A DNA stretch of 64,000 nt from a bacterium DOLZORAL124_38_8 (GCA_002747745.1 PDQG01000004.1:37646-101645), one strand, 5' to 3'; positions 31,273-39,939 are shown, counted from the stretch's first letter. The notes: generated from the sequence alone by a model not told the origin. Made by a program: numbers and translations.

Positions 31273-32004
31273 TTACATCGCCGACATCATAGTATTGGTC
31301 AGTTCAAATTGCTCAAACTGCAATTGTCTTTGCTGATTTAATTTTTCAAATTCAACCAATCCTTCTTTAAAGGCCGCCGCTTTTTCTTGAGCGGTCATAC
31401 TGTTATAAATAGCCGTTAATTCATTTTTTGGTAAATGATCTAACGCAAATTTTTTTCCTTCAGAATTTACCAACAGACTTCCCTCAAATTTGTATTTTGT
31501 TCGCACATCTCTTCTTACAGAATTTAAATTTAATTGTTTTTTCTCTGGATTGTTCTTTTTAGTTGGTGTGTTTTCTACCACTAACTTTCCATTTTTTAGT
31601 ATAACCGATTGCCCCGATTTAAATGTATTCACATCAAACCCATCGGCCGTTAACTCTTTTAAGGCCAACAAAACTGAAGCTTGTTTCTTTAATAAAGATT
31701 TATCTCCTGATTGTTTTACTGCATTAAATGACATCGTAGAATTATAAGACTCATTATGCAATATCTGCCACAAGGCCCCGTATAAATACCCCCCTTCACG
31801 AGTAATTTCTACCGATACATTTGGTTTCAACACCTCCGATAATTCTCGTAAACCTTGTTTTGCGTCAGCCTCAACATTTTCATACAGTTCTTCGTACTTT
31901 TGCTGTTGTGATTCTATCGAATCACCCGCATTTAAGCCTTCCGAAAACTGGTACAAAAACCGTTTTTCATCGGTAAATCGTCGTTGGTGGACCAAATGTT
32001 TCAT
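31273..32004 (-). CDS. Hypothetical protein (243 aa), possibly the N-terminal part of the downstream ORF
   Basis: It ends at TAA 31273-31275, in the same frame as ORF 28849-31179. The 93 nt between them contain no stop. A TGnTACAAT-like box lies about 22 nt upstream of the ATG. Confidence 0.5.
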   Translation of the reverse strand: MKHLVHQRRFTDEKRFLYQFSEGLNAGDSIESQQQKYEELYENVEADAKQGLRELSEVLKPNVSVEITREGGYLYGALWQILHNESYNSTMSFNAVKQSGDKSLLKKQASVLLALKELTADGFDVNTFKSGQSVILKNGKLVVENTPTKKNNPEKKQLNLNSVRRDVRTKYKFEGSLLVNSEGKKFALDHLPKNELTAIYNSMTAQEKAAAFKEGLVEFEKLNQQRQLQFEQFELTNTMMSAM

Positions 32005-32073
32005 ACTTTTTTCAAAAATTCAGAGCATTGTACCATAATTCATGCATTTATTCACCTATTTCAAGTTGAAAAA

Positions 32074-32688
32074 ATGAATCAAATAATGAAAAATAAAACT
32101 TATCCAAATTTGGCAACGGGTCTTTTTGTGAAAAAACAAAAAACAAATACGATTCATTTGATGAAAATAGAAAACCCCAACGGAAAAAAGACCATTGTTA
32201 TTCAAGATCAACAGTCGGAAAACATTGTGTTAGAAGATTTTTCCCCTCAGGACACCCATTTTGAACTCGAAGTAATTTTGCAAGGCACCAACGCCGAATG
32301 TCATATTATCGGACGAGCGCAAACCCAAGCCGACAATAAAAAAAACTGGAAAATCACCCAACGGTTTCAGGGGCATCAACAAACTGGAAGTTTAGATATT
32401 CGTGGTGTGGCCGAAGGCAACAGTTTTTTGCATGTCGACGGAGCCGCCGTTATTGAACCAACCTCGACCCAAGCCAGCGCCGAAATTAACGAAAAAATTA
32501 TGTTGTTCGAGCAAGGAAAAGGAAAACTCATTCCAGTTTTACGGGTTGAAACTGATGATGTGGCCAGTGCCAGCCATGCAGCCTCAATATCGCCAGTTGA
32601 GTCCGAAAGTTTACTTTATTTTGCCAGCCGTGGCATGACCCCAGATACAGCCAAAACTATGGTTAAAACGGGTTTTTTAAAAGTGTAA
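32074..32688 (+). CDS. SufB/SufD-family (UPF0051) domain protein, short and stand-alone
   Basis: C-terminal pattern ..IPVLRVETDDVASASHAASISPVESESLLYFASRGMTPDTAKTMVKTGFL matches the SufD/SufB core (..DDV.c.H.a..g......lFYL.sRG......A..l...F). No sufB, sufC or sufS is adjacent. Confidence 0.65.
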   Translation: MNQIMKNKTYPNLATGLFVKKQKTNTIHLMKIENPNGKKTIVIQDQQSENIVLEDFSPQDTHFELEVILQGTNAECHIIGRAQTQADNKKNWKITQRFQGHQQTGSLDIRGVAEGNSFLHVDGAAVIEPTSTQASAEINEKIMLFEQGKGKLIPVLRVETDDVASASHAASISPVESESLLYFASRGMTPDTAKTMVKTGFLKV

Positions 32689-32755
32689 AACCAAAAGAAG
32701 ATTCACAAAAAAAATAATTCTTTTACAATTCAGTCGAATATAAACTTCTGAAACA

Positions 32756-33622
32756 ATGTTTAGAACTTGGCTTAAATGGCGTATTTGGCACATTATAATT
32801 GATACTGTTTTTTTACTTGGAATGTTCTCCTTAGCCTACTTTGTGCGCGTAGGAGCTATTTTTTCAAGTGATTTTCCGTTTGGGTTATACCTCGGAATGA
32901 CGGTTATTTCAACCATTGTTTGGATTTTGTTTTTGATATTTTCACGATTTTACAAGGTAAACATCCAACCCAGCAAAACCGAACGACTGATGCATTTTGG
33001 GAAAATATTACTCGGTGGATGCATAGCCATTGGGGTGTTAATTGTTTCGTATTTTTTCCCGCGAGAAGTTTTGTTTTCTCGTCTGCTCGGACTCTACGGA
33101 TTTTTATTTGGTTCAGCCTATTTAATTATTTCATCAGAAGTATTTTTAAGTTTTTTAAAAAAACGAAAAAAACAAGGCCAAAACGATGTGTACAAAACAC
33201 TTATTGTAGGAGCCAATCGGATTTCTGACAAAATTATTCAACAATTAGAATCCGACCCCATCGCCCCATACATCGTAAAAGGCGTGATTGACCCGTATGG
33301 AATGGCCCCAAAGGATTTTTCTGGAAAGATTATTGGAAAACTGAACAAATTAGAATCGTTTGTAAAAGACGAAAAAATTACCGCCATTATTCAGTGTGAT
33401 GCCTATGAACACACCATCAATTTAATCTCGCTCGCCAAAGAAAAAAACATCCGATTTTTATTCGTACCAGCTTTGCGTGGCGTGTTTGAAGAAGGACTCC
33501 GTATCAGAAAAAACGCAGGACATACAATGATTCAGTTTGTGGATCGAGAATTTAGCGGACACAAAAAAACATGGTATAAAATCGTCGATTGGACGCTCTA
33601 CCATGTGTTTGATGTTGATTAA
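32756..33622 (+). CDS. N-terminal (TM + CoA-binding-like) portion of a WbaP/EpsB-type polyprenyl-phosphate sugar transferase; catalytic domain missing
   Basis: Four to five TM helices, then ..TLIVGANRISDKIIQQL.., ..ITAIIQCD.. and ..EKNIRFLFVPAL.. as in exopolysaccharide priming transferases. The ORF stops where the conserved transferase domain normally begins. Confidence 0.55.
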   Translation: MFRTWLKWRIWHIIIDTVFLLGMFSLAYFVRVGAIFSSDFPFGLYLGMTVISTIVWILFLIFSRFYKVNIQPSKTERLMHFGKILLGGCIAIGVLIVSYFFPREVLFSRLLGLYGFLFGSAYLIISSEVFLSFLKKRKKQGQNDVYKTLIVGANRISDKIIQQLESDPIAPYIVKGVIDPYGMAPKDFSGKIIGKLNKLESFVKDEKITAIIQCDAYEHTINLISLAKEKNIRFLFVPALRGVFEEGLRIRKNAGHTMIQFVDREFSGHKKTWYKIVDWTLYHVFDVD

Positions 33623-33631
33623 AAAAATCTA

Positions 33632-33904
33632 CTAATATCTCTTATTTACTTTCCGATTCTCATCAATAGCCTTCCCAATGGACAATATTCCAGCCGATGC
33701 TAATACTGCTCCACCAGGAATAGTTAAACTTCCTAAAGCCATTGTTCCAATCGCTCCAACTCCAAGAGCCCCCAAACCAGCCGTCACGGTTCCCTTCACT
33801 ATCCCTTTCACGGTTGCAGAAACATGAGCTGATAGCTTTCCAAATTTAGTCCAAAAACCATTATCTCGTGATTCAAACTCATAACCACCTGTTTCAACTG
33901 ACAT
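33632..33904 (-). CDS. Small glycine-zipper membrane protein (90 aa)
   Basis: ..GTVTAGLGALGVGAIGTMALGSLTIPGGAVLASAGILSIGKAI.. shows repeated small-xxx-small spacing. The N-terminus is polar and the C-terminus is basic. Confidence 0.45.
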   Translation of the reverse strand: MSVETGGYEFESRDNGFWTKFGKLSAHVSATVKGIVKGTVTAGLGALGVGAIGTMALGSLTIPGGAVLASAGILSIGKAIDENRKVNKRY

Positions 33905-34112
33905 TTTTTAATGATTAATTCGCGCTAAATTTACAATAAATTTGACACAATGTCAAAATATTTTTTCTAAAGTTTCTAACGAATCGCAACAGAACAAAGA
34001 TAACTGGAAAATCTATTATTTCGTCTATTCTTGAGCGAACAAAGAAAAGTACAAAGCCATTAGCCGAAAGATATTCTTCTAATTTGAAAAACATACTACA
34101 AAAAAAACGAAG

Positions 34113-34392
34113 ATACTTCGGCTCACTAAAAGCTCGCTCAGTAATAGATATTCATTAGGGGTGTTACTTCGCCGTTTTTCATTTCAAAACAAACTTTTCG
34201 GCATAAGTTCACTCGAGCCAATCACTAGAAAAAAGGATCACTTCGTCGGCTTAAGATTTAAATTTCAAGGCCGACATAAGTTTTGTCAACAACTCGCAAA
34301 CTCGTTCTTAAATACTTAGTTCGCCGTGCTTGTATTTTTCTCTGTATTTTTCGGCATAACTTCGCCCAACCAATCACTTCGTTCTTGGGGGC
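34113..34392. repeat. Degenerate tandem repeat array (period ~51-78 nt, mostly ~75) built around an ACTTCG core
   Basis: Units start near 34113, 34164, 34238, 34316 and 34373 (atACTTCGgc, ttACTTCGcc, tcACTTCGtc, ttAGTTCGcc, tcACTTCGtt). Units at 34165-34226 and 34317-34378 align over 62 nt, including ttttcggcataaSttc..ccaatcact. Confidence 0.7.
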
Positions 34393-35463
34393 TTAGTTAA
34401 TCTCTCCGCCTCCTAAACAAATATCATCTTGATACAAAACCGCTGATTGCCCAGGGGTAATTGCTCGAACCGGTTGCTCGAATTTTATCTGTACATTTCC
34501 GTCGTCCAACACCGTAATATCAGCCATTGAGCCTTTGTCTCGATACCGAGTTTTAACGAGGGCGGTAAAGTTTTTAGTCGTTGGTTTCCCCAAAATCCAA
34601 TGCATATTTACCGTTTGCAACGAATCGCCTAACAAAAAATTTTCGTTTTGTGAGACCAGTAAATCGTTATTGGCAAAATCTTTTTCAATTACATACCATT
34701 TTCCTTCCGGAAAATCCCGCAAACCACCAATCCCCAAAGTTTTACTTTGTCCAATCGTATAAAACGACAAGCCTATATGCGTCCCAATTTCTTTTTTCGT
34801 TTCCAAATCACGGATTTTTCCTGGATTTTTGGCTAAATACTGGTTCAAAAATTTCCCATAATTTTTTGCTCCCACAAAGCAAATCCCCGTTGAATCTTTT
34901 TTATCAGCCGTTACAAACCCATGCTCTTTCGCAATGGCTCTGATTTCGGGTTTCGTTAAATCGGCCAGCGGAAACAATGTTTTTGATAATTGATATTGAT
35001 TTAATTGGTGCAAAAAATATGTTTGGTCTTTGTTAGCATCTTTGGGCAAACACAATTCTCGCAAGCCATTTTTATTGGTTCGCACTCGAGCGTAATGGCC
35101 GGTCGCAATAAAATCAGCCCCAATCGATTCGGCGTATTTTAAAAACGGCCCAAATTTAACATACTTATTACATAAAATATCTGGATTCGGCGTACGACCG
35201 GCTTTGTTTTCTTTCAAAAAATATTCAAACACATCGTCCCAGTACTCTTTGGCATAATTAACCGCTTCAAACGGAATCCCTATTTTTTGTGCCACCATTA
35301 AGGCATCTGAGGCATCTTGCGTAGCCGTACAATCAGGTCCACCTTCGTCCCAATTCTTCATAAACACGCCAATCACTTCGTGTCCTTGATCGACCAAAAG
35401 TTTTGCTGTCACGCTACTATCCACTCCGCCCGATAAACCAACTACAATTTTTTTCTTTTCCAT
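34393..35463 (-). CDS. mnmA: tRNA 2-thiouridine(34) synthase MnmA
   Basis: PP-loop VGLSGGVDSSV, then ..CN..IKF.. and ..ATGHYAR.. motifs. The internal ATG at 35463 (MEKKKIVVGLSGG) was chosen as start. Confidence 0.9.
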   Translation of the reverse strand: MEKKKIVVGLSGGVDSSVTAKLLVDQGHEVIGVFMKNWDEGGPDCTATQDASDALMVAQKIGIPFEAVNYAKEYWDDVFEYFLKENKAGRTPNPDILCNKYVKFGPFLKYAESIGADFIATGHYARVRTNKNGLRELCLPKDANKDQTYFLHQLNQYQLSKTLFPLADLTKPEIRAIAKEHGFVTADKKDSTGICFVGAKNYGKFLNQYLAKNPGKIRDLETKKEIGTHIGLSFYTIGQSKTLGIGGLRDFPEGKWYVIEKDFANNDLLVSQNENFLLGDSLQTVNMHWILGKPTTKNFTALVKTRYRDKGSMADITVLDDGNVQIKFEQPVRAITPGQSAVLYQDDICLGGGEIN

Positions 35464-35548
35464 TTTTATCACGCCCAACATACTAAAAAAGTATAAATTT
35501 AACCAATATTTTTTGGAATTTATCACCATTTTTGACACAATAAAAACA

Positions 35549-36592
35549 ATGAAAAATCAAACTTTTTGCCCTCCAAACACCGACGGAATTATTATTTCTG
35601 ATCCCTTAAATATTTTTTATTTAACAGGATTTATGGGCAGTTTTGGCATAGTGTTACTAAAAAAATCAGGACAAAAAATATTAGTAACCGATGGCAGATA
35701 CAAATTAACAGCGCAAGAATTAAGCGCCAAAAAACAGTTTCATTTTGTGTTATTTGATGAACATTTTAACACTCGTTTTGCCCCCACCTTGCGTGGCACT
35801 TGGGGCATAGAAGACACCATAACCTTACGCACCCAAACCCAATACCAACAATGGTTTTGTAATGCCGATTTAGTAGTACAAAAAAACTTTATCGAACAGC
35901 AACGACGCACCAAAACCACCTTTGAAATTGAGTCGACCCAAGCGGCCGCCACCCATACCGATGAATGCATAAAAAAACTCCTCCCATGTTTAAAAGTGGG
36001 CGTAACCGAAGCCGAAATTTCGAACATTTTACGAAACTTATTAGAACAAACCGGCGAAAAAGAGTCGTTTGAAAACATCATTGCCTTTGGCGAAAATTCA
36101 GCCAAACCACATCACGAACCAGGTCTAAAAAAGTTAGCAAGGAATATGCCCGTGCTAATTGATTGTGGGTCTCGAGTAAACGGATATTGCAGTGATATGA
36201 CCCGAAATTTTTGGTTTGGAGACACCATCTCAAGCGAATACGAAAACGCTTACCAAACGCTGTTTCGAATACAAAGCACCGCAAATGAAAAGTTTGTTAG
36301 TCAAACCCCAGTTAAAGGCATTGCCTTGTTTGTGCGAGCAGAATTAGGGGCAAAAAATGAATTCTTTATTCACAGCCTCGGGCACGGAACTGGATTAAAT
36401 GTGCACGAAGCCCCAAGCATATCAAAAAAATCAACCGAAGTACTACAAACCAACGATATTGTTACCAACGAACCTGGATTATATTTTGACGGAAAATTTG
36501 GAATACGCATTGAAGACCAGTTAGTCGTAAAAGAAGCATTCAACGAAAACAATGTTTTGACACGATTTAGCAAGGAGTTGATAAAAATTTAA
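35549..36592 (+). CDS. M24-family Xaa-Pro aminopeptidase/dipeptidase
   Basis: Creatinase-like N-domain plus pita-bread motifs ..VLIDCG..GYCSDMTR.., ..HSLGHGTGLNVHE.., ..NEPG.Y and ..GIRIED... Confidence 0.85.
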   Translation: MKNQTFCPPNTDGIIISDPLNIFYLTGFMGSFGIVLLKKSGQKILVTDGRYKLTAQELSAKKQFHFVLFDEHFNTRFAPTLRGTWGIEDTITLRTQTQYQQWFCNADLVVQKNFIEQQRRTKTTFEIESTQAAATHTDECIKKLLPCLKVGVTEAEISNILRNLLEQTGEKESFENIIAFGENSAKPHHEPGLKKLARNMPVLIDCGSRVNGYCSDMTRNFWFGDTISSEYENAYQTLFRIQSTANEKFVSQTPVKGIALFVRAELGAKNEFFIHSLGHGTGLNVHEAPSISKKSTEVLQTNDIVTNEPGLYFDGKFGIRIEDQLVVKEAFNENNVLTRFSKELIKI

Positions 36593-36635
36593 GAATAAGA
36601 GAGAATATAATTAATTTATTTTTTAAAATATAAAT

Positions 36636-38063
36636 ATGAATCAAAATTCACCCGAAAAACCGAGTGCGATTAAATATCCAACCAACGCAAAACCAAAAGA
36701 AAAAGCCGTGACCAACGCACCAAATACCCAAAATCAAGTTTCTTTTACTGGATTTTGGAAAAGAGTGGTTATTGCTAATATTGACGCCTTATTTTTACTT
36801 TTACTCGGCTTCATTCATCCGCAAATGCCAATATTGGGTCTTTTGGTTCTGTTTGGCCTTTACTTTTGGAAGGGACAAACCATTGGAGACTTAGTAATGC
36901 AAACCAAGTTAGTAGACAAAGAGACTGGACAAAAACCAAATATCGGACAACTTAGCGGACGGTATTTTGCTAAACTTCTATCATATTTAGGGCTTGGTAT
37001 TGGGTTTTATTGTGCTGGATGGCGGAAAGAAAAAAACGCGTGGCACGATTCTTTGTCAGGAACCCGATACATTGAAACAAAATCTTACAACGGCCTTTTT
37101 ACCTGGCTCGGAAACTTGCTTCTACCAATTTTAATTGGTTGGATTGGGTACACACAAGTAGCAAGCGTTGTTTCATTTTTTACAGAACAATTTATCAACT
37201 CTGCCAACACGTTTGAAACAGAATTAAATACCGAAATAAAAAAACGAGAAACCTCTTTTGAGAAACAAAACGAAACAGAAAAAAAAGATACTACAACTGA
37301 TACCGATACGCCCGAAAATAAAGCAGCCCTAAAATTGGGGGAAGCCATAGAACTGGTTGTATTAAAAGAAATCAAAGAAGCTACCAATACAATTAAAAAA
37401 GAAGGTTTGAAAATAGATTCAAACCCAACCGTCGACACACCAACAGAAAGCACTGAAACACCAAAATCTGTTGAGAATCAACCAGCGAATAAAACAAAAA
37501 AAACAACCATTCCAACCACAATAGAGACAAAACCGCAACCGAAGAACGAAGAAGATTTAAAGAAACCAGAAAGAATTGGTGGATTCTTAAGCCGATATTT
37601 CACCAATTCAAAATATGTGTATTACAAATTTTGGGGAGAACCAACAAGAGAAGATGTACTCAAAGGCGCTGATGTAAAAACATTTGAATTTATAGCTGCT
37701 ACCAATACATTAGGTCCTTGGGCGAAAGATGCGAACAAAGTATTCTACGATGGACAAATTATTCCCAACGCTGACCCAGCCTCTTTTATTATCTTAAAAA
37801 AAGACGGAGAATTTACCCCTTGGAGCAAGGATAAAAATAATGTATTTTTTGAAGATGGAGTTGTTAATAGTGCTGACCTAAATAGTTTTAAGCCTTTAAG
37901 TGGAAAATTCCGAAAAAACAACTGGGGAAAAGATAATACGTCCGTATATCACAAAGGAGTTAAGCACAACGAAATTGACTCACAAACGTTTGTAATAAAA
38001 GACGAATACGCGGAAGACAAAAATAATAAATACGAACATTGGTCTGGACGTATTAAAAAATAA
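36636..38063 (+). CDS. RDD-family membrane domain fused to C-terminal DKNYY-type repeats
   Basis: The N-terminus has ..FWKRVVIANIDALFLLLLG.. and ..GQTIGDLVMQTKLV.. (RDD-like). A T/K/E-rich linker follows. The C-terminus repeats ..KD.N.VF(Y/F).. four to five times (AKDANKVFYDG, SKDKNNVFFEDG, GKDNTSVYHKG, EDKNNKYEH). Confidence 0.6.
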   Translation: MNQNSPEKPSAIKYPTNAKPKEKAVTNAPNTQNQVSFTGFWKRVVIANIDALFLLLLGFIHPQMPILGLLVLFGLYFWKGQTIGDLVMQTKLVDKETGQKPNIGQLSGRYFAKLLSYLGLGIGFYCAGWRKEKNAWHDSLSGTRYIETKSYNGLFTWLGNLLLPILIGWIGYTQVASVVSFFTEQFINSANTFETELNTEIKKRETSFEKQNETEKKDTTTDTDTPENKAALKLGEAIELVVLKEIKEATNTIKKEGLKIDSNPTVDTPTESTETPKSVENQPANKTKKTTIPTTIETKPQPKNEEDLKKPERIGGFLSRYFTNSKYVYYKFWGEPTREDVLKGADVKTFEFIAATNTLGPWAKDANKVFYDGQIIPNADPASFIILKKDGEFTPWSKDKNNVFFEDGVVNSADLNSFKPLSGKFRKNNWGKDNTSVYHKGVKHNEIDSQTFVIKDEYAEDKNNKYEHWSGRIKK

Positions 38064-38090
38064 ATTTCAGAACCAATTATTAAACAAAAA

Positions 38091-38113
38091 ACCGCTTTCT
38101 AGCGGTTTTTTTT
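38091..38113. terminator. Bidirectional terminator between the RDD gene and the convergent helicase gene
   Basis: ACCGCT, loop ttct, AGCGGT, then T7; A-rich upstream. Confidence 0.6.
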
Positions 38114-38118
38114 ATTTC

Positions 38119-39906
38119 TTATCGTCGTTTATCTCGTCTGTTTCGACCTCCTCCACTGTGACGATCGTTTCTTCCGCCCGAACGTCTTCGATCATTACTT
38201 CTTCTATCACTATTTCGTCCCCCGCGGAATCCCCCCGAACGATTCCCGTTTCGTCGTCGGTCTCCGCCTCGGTTGCCACCACCAGATTTCCGTGGTTTCG
38301 CCGCTGGTCGTTTGCTTTCGTCTTCAATATAACTTACCAACAATGGTTCGCCGCGGTGTTGAAATTCAGTCTCTAACAATACTGGTACAAAATCTGGTTC
38401 AATTTCAAAATATGAAACTTTTCCTTGCACAGACACATCACCAATATCGGCTTGTTTAAATTCTGGTTTTTTCCCAATCATTCGCACTAATTGAGCCGCC
38501 CCAATACCCGCATCTGAACCAATATTTATCGCCATAATGGCGTATTCATGTTTGGGTCGTTTTGGTTTGTTCGCCTTCGTCACATTCGCATTCAAATCAG
38601 GCGCGTTTTGGTAATATTTCATAAACCGATTTAATTCTTCGGCCACTAAGTGCTGAATCAATTCCTCTTTCGTCATATCACCCAATTCGGCGTATACGCG
38701 TTCCATAAACGGTTTGATTTGTTCAATATCTACCGCAAGGTTTTTAATTTTTTCAATCGTGTGAAATAATTTTCGTTCACAAATTGGCTCTGCAGTTGGA
38801 ATCAATTTATCTTCAAATTTTGCCCCGACTAATTTTTCTAGCATGGCTCGTTTTCGCCCGTCTCGCATATGCATTAAACAAATCGACACGCCTTTTTCTC
38901 CCGCTCGTCCGGTTCGACCACTTCGGTGAATATACACTTCGGCTTCGTCTGGTAATTGATAGTTAATTACGTGCGTTAATTCTTTTACATCTACGCCTCG
39001 AGCGGCTACATCAGTTGCCACTAACAACTGTAATTGTCCACGACGAAACGCATTCATCACACGGTCTCGTTGTGCTTGCGACAAGTCTCCATAAATAGCG
39101 TCCGCATTGTATCCATCTTCCATCAACTTATCAGCCACTTCTTTGGTTTCTCGTTGCGTTCGACAAAACACAATCCCGTAAATATCTGGATGAAAATCAA
39201 CAATTCGTTTTAAAGCCGCATAACGATCTTTGGCGTGTACCGTGTAAGCCACGTGAGCAACATTTTTGTTTCCAATACTTTTCCGTGCCACTTTAATTTC
39301 TAATGGTTTATGCATATATTTTTCAATAATCCGCTCCATTCCGTTTGGCATGGTCGCCGAAAACAACAAAGTTTGTCTGTCTTTATTGGCGTGCTCTAAA
39401 ATTACATCTAGTTCTTCCTGAAACCCCATAGACAACATTTCGTCGGCTTCATCAAGAATCAAATAATCTATTTTTTGTAACTTCAAATGCTTTCGTTTTT
39501 GCATATCAGTTACTCGACCAGGCGTTCCTACCACAATTTGTGCTCCTTTATTTAACTGTCGGGCTTGCGTTTCGATAGAAGCTCCACCGTACACCGATAC
39601 CACTTTTAAGTCGGGCAAATATTTGGTAAACGATTGAATGGCGTTCGTAATTTGAATACACAATTCTCGTGTTGGACACAAAATAATAGCCTGCGTATGT
39701 TTTTGCGAAATATCAACTTTTTGAATAACCGGCAACGAAAAAGCGGCTGTTTTTCCGGTCCCAGTTTGAGCAAAAGCTAACAAATCTTGGTTTGATTCCA
39801 GTAATTGTGGAATCGATTTTTCCTGAATAGGGGTTGGGGTTTCAAACCCTAAATCGTTCAGTGCATGCTGAACTTCGTTCGATAAATTGAAATCTGAAAA
39901 TTTCAT
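38119..39906 (-). CDS. DEAD-box ATP-dependent RNA helicase with Arg/Gly-rich tail
   Basis: Q-motif region, AQTGTGKT, DEAD, SAT and HRSGRTGRAG motifs, a DbpA/CsdA-like C-domain, and a terminal ..GGNRGGDRRRNGNRSGGFRGGRNSDRRSNDRRRSGGRNDR... Confidence 0.9.
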   Translation of the reverse strand: MKFSDFNLSNEVQHALNDLGFETPTPIQEKSIPQLLESNQDLLAFAQTGTGKTAAFSLPVIQKVDISQKHTQAIILCPTRELCIQITNAIQSFTKYLPDLKVVSVYGGASIETQARQLNKGAQIVVGTPGRVTDMQKRKHLKLQKIDYLILDEADEMLSMGFQEELDVILEHANKDRQTLLFSATMPNGMERIIEKYMHKPLEIKVARKSIGNKNVAHVAYTVHAKDRYAALKRIVDFHPDIYGIVFCRTQRETKEVADKLMEDGYNADAIYGDLSQAQRDRVMNAFRRGQLQLLVATDVAARGVDVKELTHVINYQLPDEAEVYIHRSGRTGRAGEKGVSICLMHMRDGRKRAMLEKLVGAKFEDKLIPTAEPICERKLFHTIEKIKNLAVDIEQIKPFMERVYAELGDMTKEELIQHLVAEELNRFMKYYQNAPDLNANVTKANKPKRPKHEYAIMAINIGSDAGIGAAQLVRMIGKKPEFKQADIGDVSVQGKVSYFEIEPDFVPVLLETEFQHRGEPLLVSYIEDESKRPAAKPRKSGGGNRGGDRRRNGNRSGGFRGGRNSDRRSNDRRRSGGRNDRHSGGGRNRRDKRR

Positions 39907-39939
39907 AGTGTGTTATACGTGAGTCGACCGACTCAATAA

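Noticed and set aside
31273-31275. Stop-codon reassignment or an alternative genetic code as the explanation for the in-frame TAA.
   Set aside because: TAA terminates many well-defined genes here (rny, rpsG, mscL, relA). rpoC, dnaG and radA are full length with no internal TGA, TAA or TAG. The standard code fits.
26175-32004. A prophage remnant, with a tape-measure-like Gly-rich hydrophobic protein plus coiled-coil proteins.
   Set aside because: No terminase, portal, capsid, tail, integrase or lysis gene occurs in the flanks. The flanking genes are housekeeping (jag, rpmA, sufD-like), and no att-like repeats were seen.
33632-33904. A double-glycine-leader bacteriocin precursor (MSVETGG...).
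   Set aside because: The putative leader is only 7 aa and lacks the LSxxELxxIxGG pattern. No C39-peptidase ABC exporter or immunity gene is nearby. It is kept only as a generic glycine-zipper peptide.
34113-34392. A CRISPR array; the ~75-nt period is compatible with repeat plus spacer.
   Set aside because: The repeat copies are strongly degenerate, with 5 or more mismatches in 32 nt. Unit lengths vary from 51 to 78 nt, the 'spacers' are also related to each other, and no cas gene lies in the window.
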